Assembly: GCA_043228905.1 (NCBI GenBank)
Contig: JBHGNT010000007.1
Location: 12,276,001-12,340,000, forward strand
DNA from: Azolla caroliniana
Lineage: Eukaryota; Plantae; Polypodiophyta
Direction of reading: 5' to 3'
DNA length: 64,000 nucleotides
Below are positions 53,833 through 64,000 of the stretch, piece after piece. Every line of letters begins with the position of its first letter. Position 1 is the first letter of the stretch. The translations under genes and the position numbers were made by a program. The notes beneath the pieces were generated by a model. That model did no database searches, was not told the DNA's origin, and saw nothing but the letters and a program-made list of their open reading frames with translations.

Positions 53833-56441
53833 ATGGAGACCTTCTCATTTCGCGAACCTAGGAGCACAGAAGCCCCAAGGCGTTGGCAGATCATCAGACG
53901 AGAACCTACACACAGAGAACCCCCGCTTTCTGAACTCTCTCTCTCTCACTCTCACTCTCATCACCATCTAACCTCGCCACCACAATCCGACCTCGACACA
54001 GACATGGACCCGCAAACGCTGTCGGAAGCCGCCAAGAAATGGCTAAAGCAACACAGGCTCGAGGGCTTCTTGACGATTATAGAGGCACCGCCACACAAAG
54101 AAGCCGACAAGGTGATCAAAGAAATCGACACAAAGGTCATAACGGAGGAGGCGATCCGTGCGTTAACAGGCCTTCCAGAGGGAGGCATATTCACGATCGA
54201 CAATCCGACCTCGGAGCAACTCATCAAGTATTTTGGTGAGTACTCCCTAGCCAGCAAGGGCTACCGGACACAGGGCGGCGGAGATATGTTGTTCCGCGAG
54301 ATTGGCCGTGTGCTCCACGAATATGGCCATGTGTACCCTAGACCCCCTGTCATGTCGCAGAACCGGGCAGGGATGATCATCGCCACCTATGAAGGGATCA
54401 AGGTGGATTGGCCGGTATTGATCGCAGACGGGTTGTGTGCGGCGATCAAGATCGTCAGAGGAAAAGACGGCAAAGAAGGCTGAGACGGACGGAAGATATG
54501 GCACGCAGTAACGCAGTGGCTCACCTTGCTTGTGCCACCCGTCCAGCCCGTCTAGCCCAAGAAGCGGGGAAGAGTGGCGGACGGCACCCCAAAGACTGCT
54601 TCCAAAAGACAACAGATGTTGGCCTCTAAGGCCACTAAGGGGAAGGCGGCGGACGTAGAACAGGCGGGAAAGGAGAGCGCCAGCCGGAAGCGGCCAACGG
54701 ATGCGCAGGAGGAACCACCGGTACGGCCCGTAAAGATTACACTCCGTCGACTGGTGAATAGAGAAGCGGACCCCTTGGCGTCAAAACTCAATGCCGGGAC
54801 TCAGGAAGAGGAAATAGAGAAGGAGCCTACAGAGCACCTCCAGCGACGGTCGTCGGCAAGGACCGTTGAGGCAACCGGGAAACGTTCGGACCCTCAGACG
54901 GAGGGAACACCGGCTCCCCATACTGAGACTCCCACGCCAAGGGAGGAACCGGAACCGGTGCGCATGGCACCGGAATCAGAAGCCCCTGCACCACCGGCAG
55001 CACCGGCAAGTCCCGTTCTGCCAGAGCCGGAAAGGTCAATGCAGCCTCCCTCGGTCAACCAAGAAGAAGCGCAAGGGGAACCAGGACAGTAGGGTGGTCC
55101 ACGAGCAGAAACGGAATTGCAACTCCAACGGAAACCGTTCCAGAGAGAGATGTGGCGCAAGCCTAGGAGCTTGTAGAATTGAGAGATGAACTTGCCGCAC
55201 AAGAAGCGTTAAGGAGCCGTGAACGTGAATTGAAGACAGCGGCCGAAGCAGAATTAAAGAAGATTGCTAAAAACCTCCACCGGGCAGAGGAGAGCCTCCG
55301 GAAAGGCCATCAAGCGTACGACCGGCTAAGGGAGGAAAAAGACAAAGTGCTACAGGAAAAGGACAAGTTGCGGAAGACGGCGGAAACGGAAATTGAACGG
55401 CTAAAGGAGGAGCTCCGTCAACAGAAGGACCGCGAGGACCGGGCCCGTCGACAGATCAACGTACGGCTCAAGCAAAAGACAAATGATTTTGAGCACCTGC
55501 ACCGGGATTACAAACGGCTGGAAATGGAGCATAAGGAACGGATGGACGAGCTCCGGCAGGAAGTTGATCGGGCCGCGACGACGCTCACCGACGAATGAGC
55601 GGAAAATACAAGATGGTTGGACGAGGCGGAGAAGGTCCGGATGGAGCTCCAAAGGCAGCAACAGGAAGAAAGGGAGAGAGCGTCAACGGTATTGCAAAAA
55701 TTACAAAGCACATATCAAGGGCAATTGACGCATTACAAGGAGCAGGCGGATGACAACGTCAAAATCATCAAGCAATTGAAGGAGGAACGGCAAGCTGCGG
55801 AGATCAAATCGCAGATGGGAACGAGCCGGATTCAGTGCATCCTCCGGGCATGGCTAAATCAGACAAAACGGTTGATTGACGAAAGCTCCGTAAGATGGTG
55901 GACAAAGTGGGCACAAAATACGGCGGAACTCCAATTGCTACAGGCAGATGTGGAAAACCGGCGGAAGGAAGGAGATGATTGTTACACGTTGACTTCCGAG
56001 GATTTCACCGCCATACGGGACGAGCTGGCCGAAGACTTCCAAGTCCTGGCGGATGAACAGCTGGTGCAGGTCCGGCAACTCGTAGCTCAGCTAGACGATG
56101 ATAGGCTGGACGCTCAAATCCAGTTTGAGAGCTACGAGCGGTCCCGGGTTCGGGAAGAAAAAGCACGGGAAGCAGCAACGGTTAACCTTAGTGATGAGGA
56201 ACCGTCGCCGGACGAGGGCCAGGCTGGAACCAGTCAACCAGAGACCACTACAACGGAGGGAGCAACGACGGTAACGCCGGTGTCAGAGCAACAAACAGAG
56301 GAGCAGCCGCAGCAGCCACCAACGGACCAGTCGCAGCAGCCATCAATGGAGCAACAACAACAACAACAACAACAACCAATTCCAGATGAACCATTGGAGA
56401 CTCTCGAACAAAGCATTCTGGATATTTTGGACAAAGAATAG
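53833..56441 (+). pseudogene. Extra ORF (ORF3) of Gypsy G: N-terminal globular domain, Pro/Glu-rich linker, long coiled coil
   Basis: ORF pieces 53833-54483, 54574-55092, 55179-55598 and 55617-56441 lie end to end; homologous to E ORF3. Confidence 0.8.
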
Positions 56442-56936
56442 CAAGGGTCGGATGGTGGATTCGACGTACAAGGTACTGTCCCACGGGCGTGCCATGTGTT
56501 ACCGGCCGGCAAAGGAGTTCAGAGTGTGAAACGAAGGAGTTATTTAATTATTAAGGAATGGTTGTAAGTAAGCTATTAGTGTGGACGGACGGACCGGAAT
56601 CGGTATGTCGTTCCGGATCCGGACCGATCCCGAACAGGTGCGGATGGCTCCGTTTTGTACTACAAACCGAAAACCTATTTAAAGGCCCGGATACAATGTA
56701 ATGAGGAGCGGTTAATTAATGAAGCTTAGTGTTTTTATCTCTCTGTGTTAATTGTCGTTCTGCATTCATTGTTATATCTTACGCGTGTGATTATTAAGGA
56801 CAATCTTGCTAAGTGACCTAATTAAGTCGGATTAATAGTTGAGCCTAATCCTCTTGTCGTAACACCCCTTTGGTGAAGTGTCTTCCGTAGACACCCTGTG
56901 TTAGGCCATTGTCCGGCCCTAAGAGTTAACAAATAC

Positions 56937-58680
56937 ATGCCATGGCAACATTTGACCAAGATGCTCCTCCAAATGGTATGTGGATTTGGTGTCGTTGCAA
57001 TATGTCAATCTTAAATATGTAACACATACAGAAGGAACAAATGCTCCTCGCCCAGACTCGTTGTATAAGGTTGGAAGAGATGCAAATGGGAACAAGGCCC
57101 GTGCGTGTATCTATACTGAGTATTGCCGCCTATCGCCAAGGTGGCATCGCAAAAAAAAGTGACATGGAATCACATTTACACAGGGAACATGGAATAGACA
57201 TAGTCCTACCACAAGGGATGCGTATAGAGGAGGAGGAGGGTACTCTGGGGGCATGCTTTAATAGCTATGAGCGTCAAAGATCACTCAGAAGATTCATGGA
57301 CCCCGAAATCAAGTACAATAGAAATCGACAAACATATATCCGGAAGCTTAAGGTTAGGGTTGTTTCGAGGCCCAACTCTATTCCTGCTGAACTCCGTCTT
57401 GACACAAAGGCAGAGTTTGTGGTGCGATTTATGGACAACGAGATGGCCATATATGACTCCAAAAAGGATGAGCGTTTGGAGATGTTGACGAAGAAGATAA
57501 GATCCGGTTTGGATTCTTATGTAAGTATGAGCGAGGATTTCATTTGAGATATGTGTTGGAGGGTTTATTGGCAGAATTAAGATAATAACATATGTCTTAT
57601 TGTGGTGAGACAATGTAAAAAGGCGGGGATATCCCCCCAACTGCAGGGTGTGTCCACGGATGTGAGTGAGGCTCTAAACCCATCTGAGGGTGGTGTGTCC
57701 ACTCCACCGAGACGAAGAGGACAGAAGATGCCAGTCCGACGGAAGGAGGTCGAGTTAAACACTGATCTTTATGTCACCCTAACATCATATTCAAATGACC
57801 CTGCATCGAATGTGGCCACAGTTCAAATTTAGCATGACAAGGGCATAAGGTTGTGGATCCAAACACCGAATAAACACTTCTCCAGGTAGTTTTATGTGAA
57901 ATATAAATTAGTATCCTACTAACTAACATTGAGTGTGGTATACCTACTCAAACTACATATTTCTATGCATTCAGGTACCAGCTGACCTGCCAACGTCTCG
58001 ATATGGCCCTTGACGTTACCGAGTCAGATCTTGAGACAATGTGCAAGTGTCGTGAAATGGCATCGACGTGGAGTATGACCTTATTCACATTGTTTATGGA
58101 GTACTCGCTGCCAACCGAGGTGACAAAACGCTTCACCATCGTCGACCCATTGTGGGTGCAACTACACCAGCAAGCGATGAAGGGGCAAGCCATCCTTAGG
58201 AAGGTGGCTGAACGTGATTTTATGTTCATTCCGATCGTGCTTGACGACCATTGGGTGTTGTGGACGAAGATGTGACAACAAGTTTCTAAGCTTACCAACA
58301 AAGTAGTCTTCTGTGATCCATTAAACAACGCAACAACTAACAACGTGCGGAGAATGGCAGAGTTGGCGATTCAGACCATTTCATCTGAACCGTCAGACCA
58401 CACCATTGTGTCTGAGGGTCGACATCATGTATTGCACATCCCAACTCAGCCAAATTGTTGGGATTGTGGCTTTTACGTGATGAAGACTATCCAGATGTTG
58501 GTGGAAGAGTTCTTACGAGGATGGATACCTCCGACTTTTGTAAGTGTAATTGCAATGCCTTATTCATGTGGATTGTGTATAGATTTGTTCTTATACATAT
58601 TTGGTGACAGGGCATAGAGATGTGGTTCACCAAACGCGAAGTGGATTCACTTCGGATTCATGTGGACGAGTGGGCATGAA
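56937..58680 (+). pseudogene. MULE-borne gene with putative zinc finger and Ulp1-like (C48) protease domain; intron-containing, 5' part probably left of G
   Basis: FIPIVLDDHWVL..CDPL..QPNCWDCGFYVMK (H-D-Q-C catalytic pattern); GT-AG introns (e.g. GTAAGT at 57521 and 58540); internal stops. Confidence 0.75.
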
Positions 58681-58869
58681 GGGTACTAGGATTTGCACCT
58701 GCGACCGATGGCTCCATATTGTAAATTTTGTGTCTACTATTTTCAACACAGATTTTGTTATAGAGCTGATGTTGTAACTATATTTTGGAATCCACACAAA
58801 TTTTGTATAGTGAGAATCGACTCATTGTATATCGTGAGTACTTATTAATGGAAAAGTTGTTTACAACAA

Positions 58870-59790
58870 GTGTTTATCTCAAGTTGATTTGTTGTTTTAA
58901 ACCAATCTCAAGTTGTGATCTCCAATTGATTTGATGTTTTAAACCAATCTCAAGTGTAAATCAATCTCAAGTTCTTATCTCAAGTTGGTTTGTTGTTTTA
59001 AACCAATCTCAAGTGTAAACCAATTGCTTTGCGGTTTTAAACCAATCTCTTCGAAAAAGCTGTTTTAAACCAATAGATCGCCCAACCCTTGTAAAAAACA
59101 TCAATGGTAATAAACCAAGTTGCCCAAACCTCTTAAAATTAATCGTCTCATAATCCAGGTCACCCAAACCTCTTAAACCTCATTCTCTCCTAATCCAAGT
59201 CGCCCAACCTGTTTAAATATGGAAAATAAACAAGTCACCCAACCTATATTTACCAGGTCACCCAACACTTGTAAAAAACATCAATGGTAATAAAGAAGGT
59301 TGCCCAAACCTGTTAAAAATCTTTCTCTGTCCTAAACTAGGTCACCCAACCGTTTTAAAAAATAGCTCGCTTTTAGAATCCAAGTCGCCCAACCTGTTAA
59401 TCACATTCGGCCAAAAAAACAATCATATTAACATTTAAATTAATCACATTTTAAGTCACATTAAACCCTTCATCGTCATTTTAATTAGAGCCGATTCCAT
59501 CTCCAATTAATTACCTCTTAACATTAGATTCAATTAATCACATTCTTTTTCTTAATCAAGTTCAATTAATCACATTCTCTATGTCTTAATCAAGTTTAAT
59601 TAATCACATTCTCTATGTCTTAATCAAGTTAAATTAATCACATTCTTTGTCTTAATCAAGTTCGATTAATCACATTGTCTGACTTAATTAGGTTCAATTA
59701 ATCACATTCTCTATCTTAATCACATTCTTTGTCTTAATCAAATTCACTTAATCACATTCTCTGTCTTAAATTACCTCTGATTAATCACTA
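58870..59790 (+). repeat. Three consecutive short-motif arrays upstream of the transposase
   Basis: AAACCAATCTCAAG units (58870-59075), GTCRCCCAAC units (59077-59397), TTAATCACATTCT units (59400-59790). Confidence 0.85.
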
Positions 59791-59811
59791 CAAGAATTAG
59801 AAGTTGTCGAG

Positions 59812-62685
59812 ATGAATCCAAATGAAGTAGATTTCATGACGCCCTTGTATGATTTTGAGGATGGTTATGCATCACCATACTCTGCAACCATTGACGAAGA
59901 CTTGGATTCGTCTGCATCTGAAGACTATGAGTCGACTTCATCCAAAGAAGAGGCGGAGGAGGTTGGTCCCTTCATGTTCTGTTCGACGAGGTATTTTGCG
60001 TTCACAAGAGGTACGTACAATTTAATGCTTAAAGTTTTATCAGGTCTAGTTAAGGTAATGTTTGAAACATTAAGCACAATTGCAAGGGGTGCACCTCTTA
60101 ATTTACATGCATGGCGGCGCATGAAGAGTCGTCTCACACTTAGAAATGAGAATGCAATACACCTTAAGGCATCACCTCATCTCCAGGTTATGCATGTAGA
60201 GAAATGGAGGGACATAGTATTGGCGTCACATTGTGGCGCATCGCATCATTCTTTGACGGGTACTCTGACAAAGTTAAAGAGACTTTGGTCCAATGACCTT
60301 CGTGACCATGGGATCCCTAGTGCATATGTGAAAGCAGTGGTTGACCGATGTGGTTGTCAAATTGTGTCAAGGTTAACTCCATCTGACATGGAGGGGACAA
60401 GTGTCGTGAAATATAAAAAGTCTAGACCCATAGAAGTGATCAAGATAGAGGCCCATAAGGTTGATGATACACTCATAGATGTTCAATTGAGGTATCACAC
60501 ACGCTTCCGTACAGGGGCCACAAGGGGTGCACATGTGGCTAGGTATAATTGTCACCGATCCGGTGTGACCAACAAGCAATATCCGTGCACTCGACATAGA
60601 AAGCATTCATCCCGATGTGGGTTTACTTTTCATGTGAATGCTCGAATGAATGACGGGATTGACCATGGGACAATGACCCTTTCAATATATGAACCTCATA
60701 CGGGTCATGTATCGGGAAGTAGACCAAATGCGTACTATTTGCCGGTGGCCCCAAATGTTATAAGTTGTTGCAGATGAGCATGTGTAAGGAAGCATATCAA
60801 AAGTCCAAGGCTAGTTCATTAGACCTTGTGATTTATAGGTTCTTTATGATACCAAAGGAGGTCCATAACATGGCCAACAAGTTAAATTTTGGGCGTACTA
60901 TGTGTGAAGTTGATTGGTCTTTGATGATGCAAGAGGCCTATGCCCTCCAAGATCTTGGGAAGGTGGGTCATGTCCAACCCTACTTGCCTGGTGAATATGG
61001 ATCTCCCGCAAGGCAACCATTCATCTTGGTGCTCCAAGATGAATGGATGTTAGAGATGTGTGAGCGATTGTCAATAAACAACTCTTGGGCAATCGACTCC
61101 ACGTTTAAAACAAACCAATTTGGCTTGCCATTATATGCAGTTGTGGCTCCAAATGCCATGGGAGTTGGTATGCCATTATGGTACATGATATGTAGTTCTG
61201 ATAAGGGGTCTAACCATGAGCAAGTAGCTTTAGAAACTTGCTTGAGAGTCATATTTGCATGGATGCCCAATGTGAGGCCAAATGCCATAGTCATCGATAA
61301 AAGTTGGACATCATATAATGCCATAAGTAATGTGGTTGCAACAGACCGATTATCTTGGATAGTTACAAATGGGCAAAGGTCACAAACACATTGTCGACTT
61401 TTGTTATGTTAGTTCCATGCACAAAAAACATGGCTGGACAACTTGTTGCCAAAGGTAAGTGCAACTGAGAGAAACCATCTTTATAATCGGATGTGCCAAC
61501 TCATGCAATGCATTACTGAATCCACATTCAATGCCCAATGTGAGGAGTTAAAGGTAGAATATGCAAACAAGCCAAGTGTTTGGCAATATATAGAAGGAGG
61601 ATGGTGTGGCTTGACATGTGTGTGAAGGAAACTGTGGCCCAAATTTGGTAGAATGTTCAACTACGGACATGTTGACACTACCAATCTTGTGGAGAGACAT
61701 TGGTAGTTTATCAAATATACTGCCTTGAGAGGGAGGATAAACCGATCAATTACCGATCTTGTGCATGTTAATCGGGGACAGTCAAACTAGCACTTGCATC
61801 GGGGGTACTGTTATTGAATGGTACAAGCAACGACAAGAAATATGTGAGACTGGTAGATTTGCACCCTGTGCAATTTGTAGGGATCAAACAACAAGACTTA
61901 ATGAGGCCGAGAGGCTACTCGAGAGGTATGAAACTAATGATGCAACAATGCATATTGTGGACGAGCCCCGATATTGGTTTAAAATATTGAGCTTGACAAA
62001 ACCGAATGTATGGTATAATGTATCGCTCCAATGCTCATATTGTGATTGCCAAGACCCTACGAGTAAATGTAAGCATATACTCGGCATTCGGATGATCATT
62101 GAGAGGCACATGCCACATTTATGTGGGTCGTTGCCTTTTATAGATCATGCAACCCATATACGCAATGACCATTTCACAGAGATGGAAGTGGAGATAGAGG
62201 TAGAATTGGTCAAGGAGACAAACCCTATAACATCACAAATGGAGGAATGGGAGTCAAAATTACAAACGGCTGAGGGGGCTATTCAATGTCTTAGGCAAGG
62301 GTTACAATCCCTCGACCGTGCAACATTTTTGGCATGTATGGAGTCCATTGAAGAAATGAGTCAGATGGTGGTGTATCACGCAAGTGCACTGAAACCAACC
62401 AATGAAGAAGATCGTGGATCCATAAGGCGTAAGGAAGCAATTGGTGCAAAAAGGGAAGCATCCGTCAACATTTCACAAGATCTTATTGGCAGCTCCCCAA
62501 ACACTTCCAAGGCACACATCGGAAAAATGCAAAGAGGCACAAGTCGAGCTAGGAGGCGGTTGCCAATATGTGCGACAAAGAAGATTCGATGCTTGCATTG
62601 TGATGCCTTGACCTTTAGATCAAGGGACTCAAATGTTGATTGTTGCAAGAATTGTGGCCACATCTTGCCATCATCTTCGGGATGA
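59812..62685 (+). pseudogene. MULE (MuDRA-like) DDE transposase with SWIM zinc finger
   Basis: YNCHRSG..CGF..HTGH, WAIDSTFKTNQFGLPL, IVIDKS, LLC*FH, TTNLVERHW, CDC..CKHI; several stops and frameshifts. Confidence 0.9.
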
Positions 62686-62699
62686 GCCATAAACATAGT

Positions 62700-63421
62700 T
62701 TGAGTGGTTTTGCAGACTAGTGCATTTGGGTTTACAATGTTTAAAGTGGATTTATGTTGATTTATGAGTGCATTTGGGAGTATGTCATATGTTGATTTAT
62801 GTTTTAAGTTTCGTGTTTCAAGTATGTCACATGTTGATTTGGGTTTACGATGTTTAAAGTGGATTTACGTTCAAAGGATGTCATATGTTGATTTATTTTT
62901 CAAGTATGTCATATGCTGATTTATGTTTTAAGTTTTATGTTTCAAATATGTCGCATGTAGATTTATGTTTCAAGTATGTCATATTTTGATTCATGTTTCA
63001 AGTATGTTATAAGTTGATCTCTGTTTTAAGTTTTATGTTTTTTAACTTTTAACTTTTATGTTTTAAGATGATTATTTGTTTTATGTTAAGTATGGTGAAG
63101 ATCGTCAATTTTGAATAATTTAAGGTTAGATTTTGTGACGATTTGATATGTTATTGTAAGTTTTAAGGGTAATGATCAAGCTTACTTGAAGATTTTGGTC
63201 GAAATGATACATTTGGTTGGGTGACCTGCAAAGGTCAGGGTTGGGTGACCTACAACGGTTGGGCGACTTGTAACGGTCAGAGTTGGTAATTTAAGGTTGG
63301 ATTTTGTGACTGTTTGATATGTTATTGTAAGTTTTAAGGGTAATGATCAAGCTTATTTGAAGATTTTGGTCGAAATGATACATTTGGTTGGGCGACTTGC
63401 AACGGTCAGAGTTGGGCGACC
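62700..63421 (+). repeat. MULE 3' tandem repeats and a direct duplication of about 170 bp
   Basis: AGTATGTCATATGTTGATT units at 62740-63060; 63118-63250 repeated at 63289-63421; inverted GTTGGGYGAC motifs. Confidence 0.8.
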
Positions 63422-63674
63422 TTCGACAGGTCTTTTTTCGCGCGTTCTTTCTTATCGAAATCTGACGGTGCAGATCGCACGCGCCTTTCTCTGAGTGAGC
63501 GACCTGCACCGTCTGTGGCTGCGATTCCCTCGCCAACCCTCTCTATGATTTGATGGAGAATAGACACGAGCATACATACATATATATGTACATACATACA
63601 TATATACATACATATAGTACATATATACATATGTATGTATGTATGTATGTATGCATATTGTCGTCTCCGTCTCC
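63410..63674 (-). repeat. MULE right TIR
   Basis: Reverse complement of ~44317-44570, including an (ATAC/ATGT)n tract at both ends. Confidence 0.82.
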
Positions 63675-63731
63675 TTCTCCTTATCCTTCCTCTGCTCTGC
63701 CAAACACTTACGTTTAGACGCGATTGTCCAA

Positions 63732-64000
63732 ATGGAAGGCGCATGGAACAAACTCCTCCATCCTCTCAACTTCACAAGCAGCGGAAGACCAGAGCTTCTC
63801 GAAGGTGAAATAGAATGCCATCTTGTCGAGAACGCAGACCTCGAAGCAGACGGATCTCCTCCACTCCGATCTGGTATGGTTTCTTTCACTACTCACCGCA
63901 TTCTTTGGTTCGATCAGAAGATCAGAAGAGGAGGTTCTCTACCTCTTCCTGCCATCTCACAGATTTATCCTCCTAAGAAAAACATCAAATCCGTTCTTTT
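63732..64000 (+). CDS. VPS36: Vacuolar protein sorting 36 (ESCRT-II subunit, GLUE domain N-terminus); runs off the window
   Basis: Open frame MEGAWNKLLHPLNFTSSGRPELLEGEIECHLVENADLE..LRSGMVSFTTHRILW..LPLPAISQIYPPKKNIKSVL matches recalled plant VPS36 motifs (TSGRP.L...E.EC, LRSG...TTHR..W, KK.IKS). Confidence 0.82.
   Translation, partial: MEGAWNKLLHPLNFTSSGRPELLEGEIECHLVENADLEADGSPPLRSGMVSFTTHRILWFDQKIRRGGSLPLPAISQIYPPKKNIKSVL

Larger units (their letters stand above)
47357..56931 (+). mobile_element. Ty3/Gypsy element G, full length (9575 bp), E-related
   Basis: Two 435-bp LTRs (47357-47791, 56497-56931), TSD AATAC, gag-pol plus ORF3. Confidence 0.96.
44317..63674 (+). mobile_element. Mutator-like element (MULE), about 9.8 kb without nested G
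   Basis: Imperfect TIRs of about 250 bp (core GAGGGAATCGC..CACAGA.GGTGCAGGTCGCTCA..TCTGCACC.TCAGATTTCGATAAGA); candidate TSD TTCTCCTCTA / TTCTCCTTA; carries transposase and Ulp1-like genes. Outer boundaries approximate. Confidence 0.82.

Noticed and set aside
56352-56377. (CAA)n poly-Gln tract
   Set aside because: Ordinary microsatellite in the low-complexity tail of G ORF3; absent from E.

Overview
Plant nuclear DNA made almost entirely of nested, decayed transposable elements. Positions 1-40417 are one Ty1/Copia element (C, minus strand) split by several insertions. Gypsy A (1462-22323) itself contains Gypsy B, a Copia solo LTR and Copia H, and H contains a hAT-type MITE. Gypsy E (23874-39519) has its 3' LTR interrupted by Copia D and a Gypsy LTR remnant, F. 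Positions ~44317-63674 are a large Mutator-like element (MULE transposase plus a Ulp1-like protease gene) interrupted by Gypsy G. The only host gene is the start of a VPS36-like (ESCRT-II) CDS at 63732, 57 bp from the MULE end. Most unusual signals: (1) related Gypsy elements E and G lack a polypurine tract and instead carry a tRNA-Arg 3'-end copy 2 nt before the 3' LTR, giving PBS-like sites at both internal ends, and both keep a conserved third ORF; (2) A and B share a GGATTTT-TAG -1 frameshift site followed by a covarying H-type pseudoknot; (3) LTRs of the A/F family contain tRNA-like Pol III A/B-box cassettes, and the A LTR shares a repeat block with Copia D-family LTRs; (4) A/B/F sit at 4-bp NCGT targets. 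All calls were read by eye; tRNA and protein family assignments are from memory and need database confirmation.
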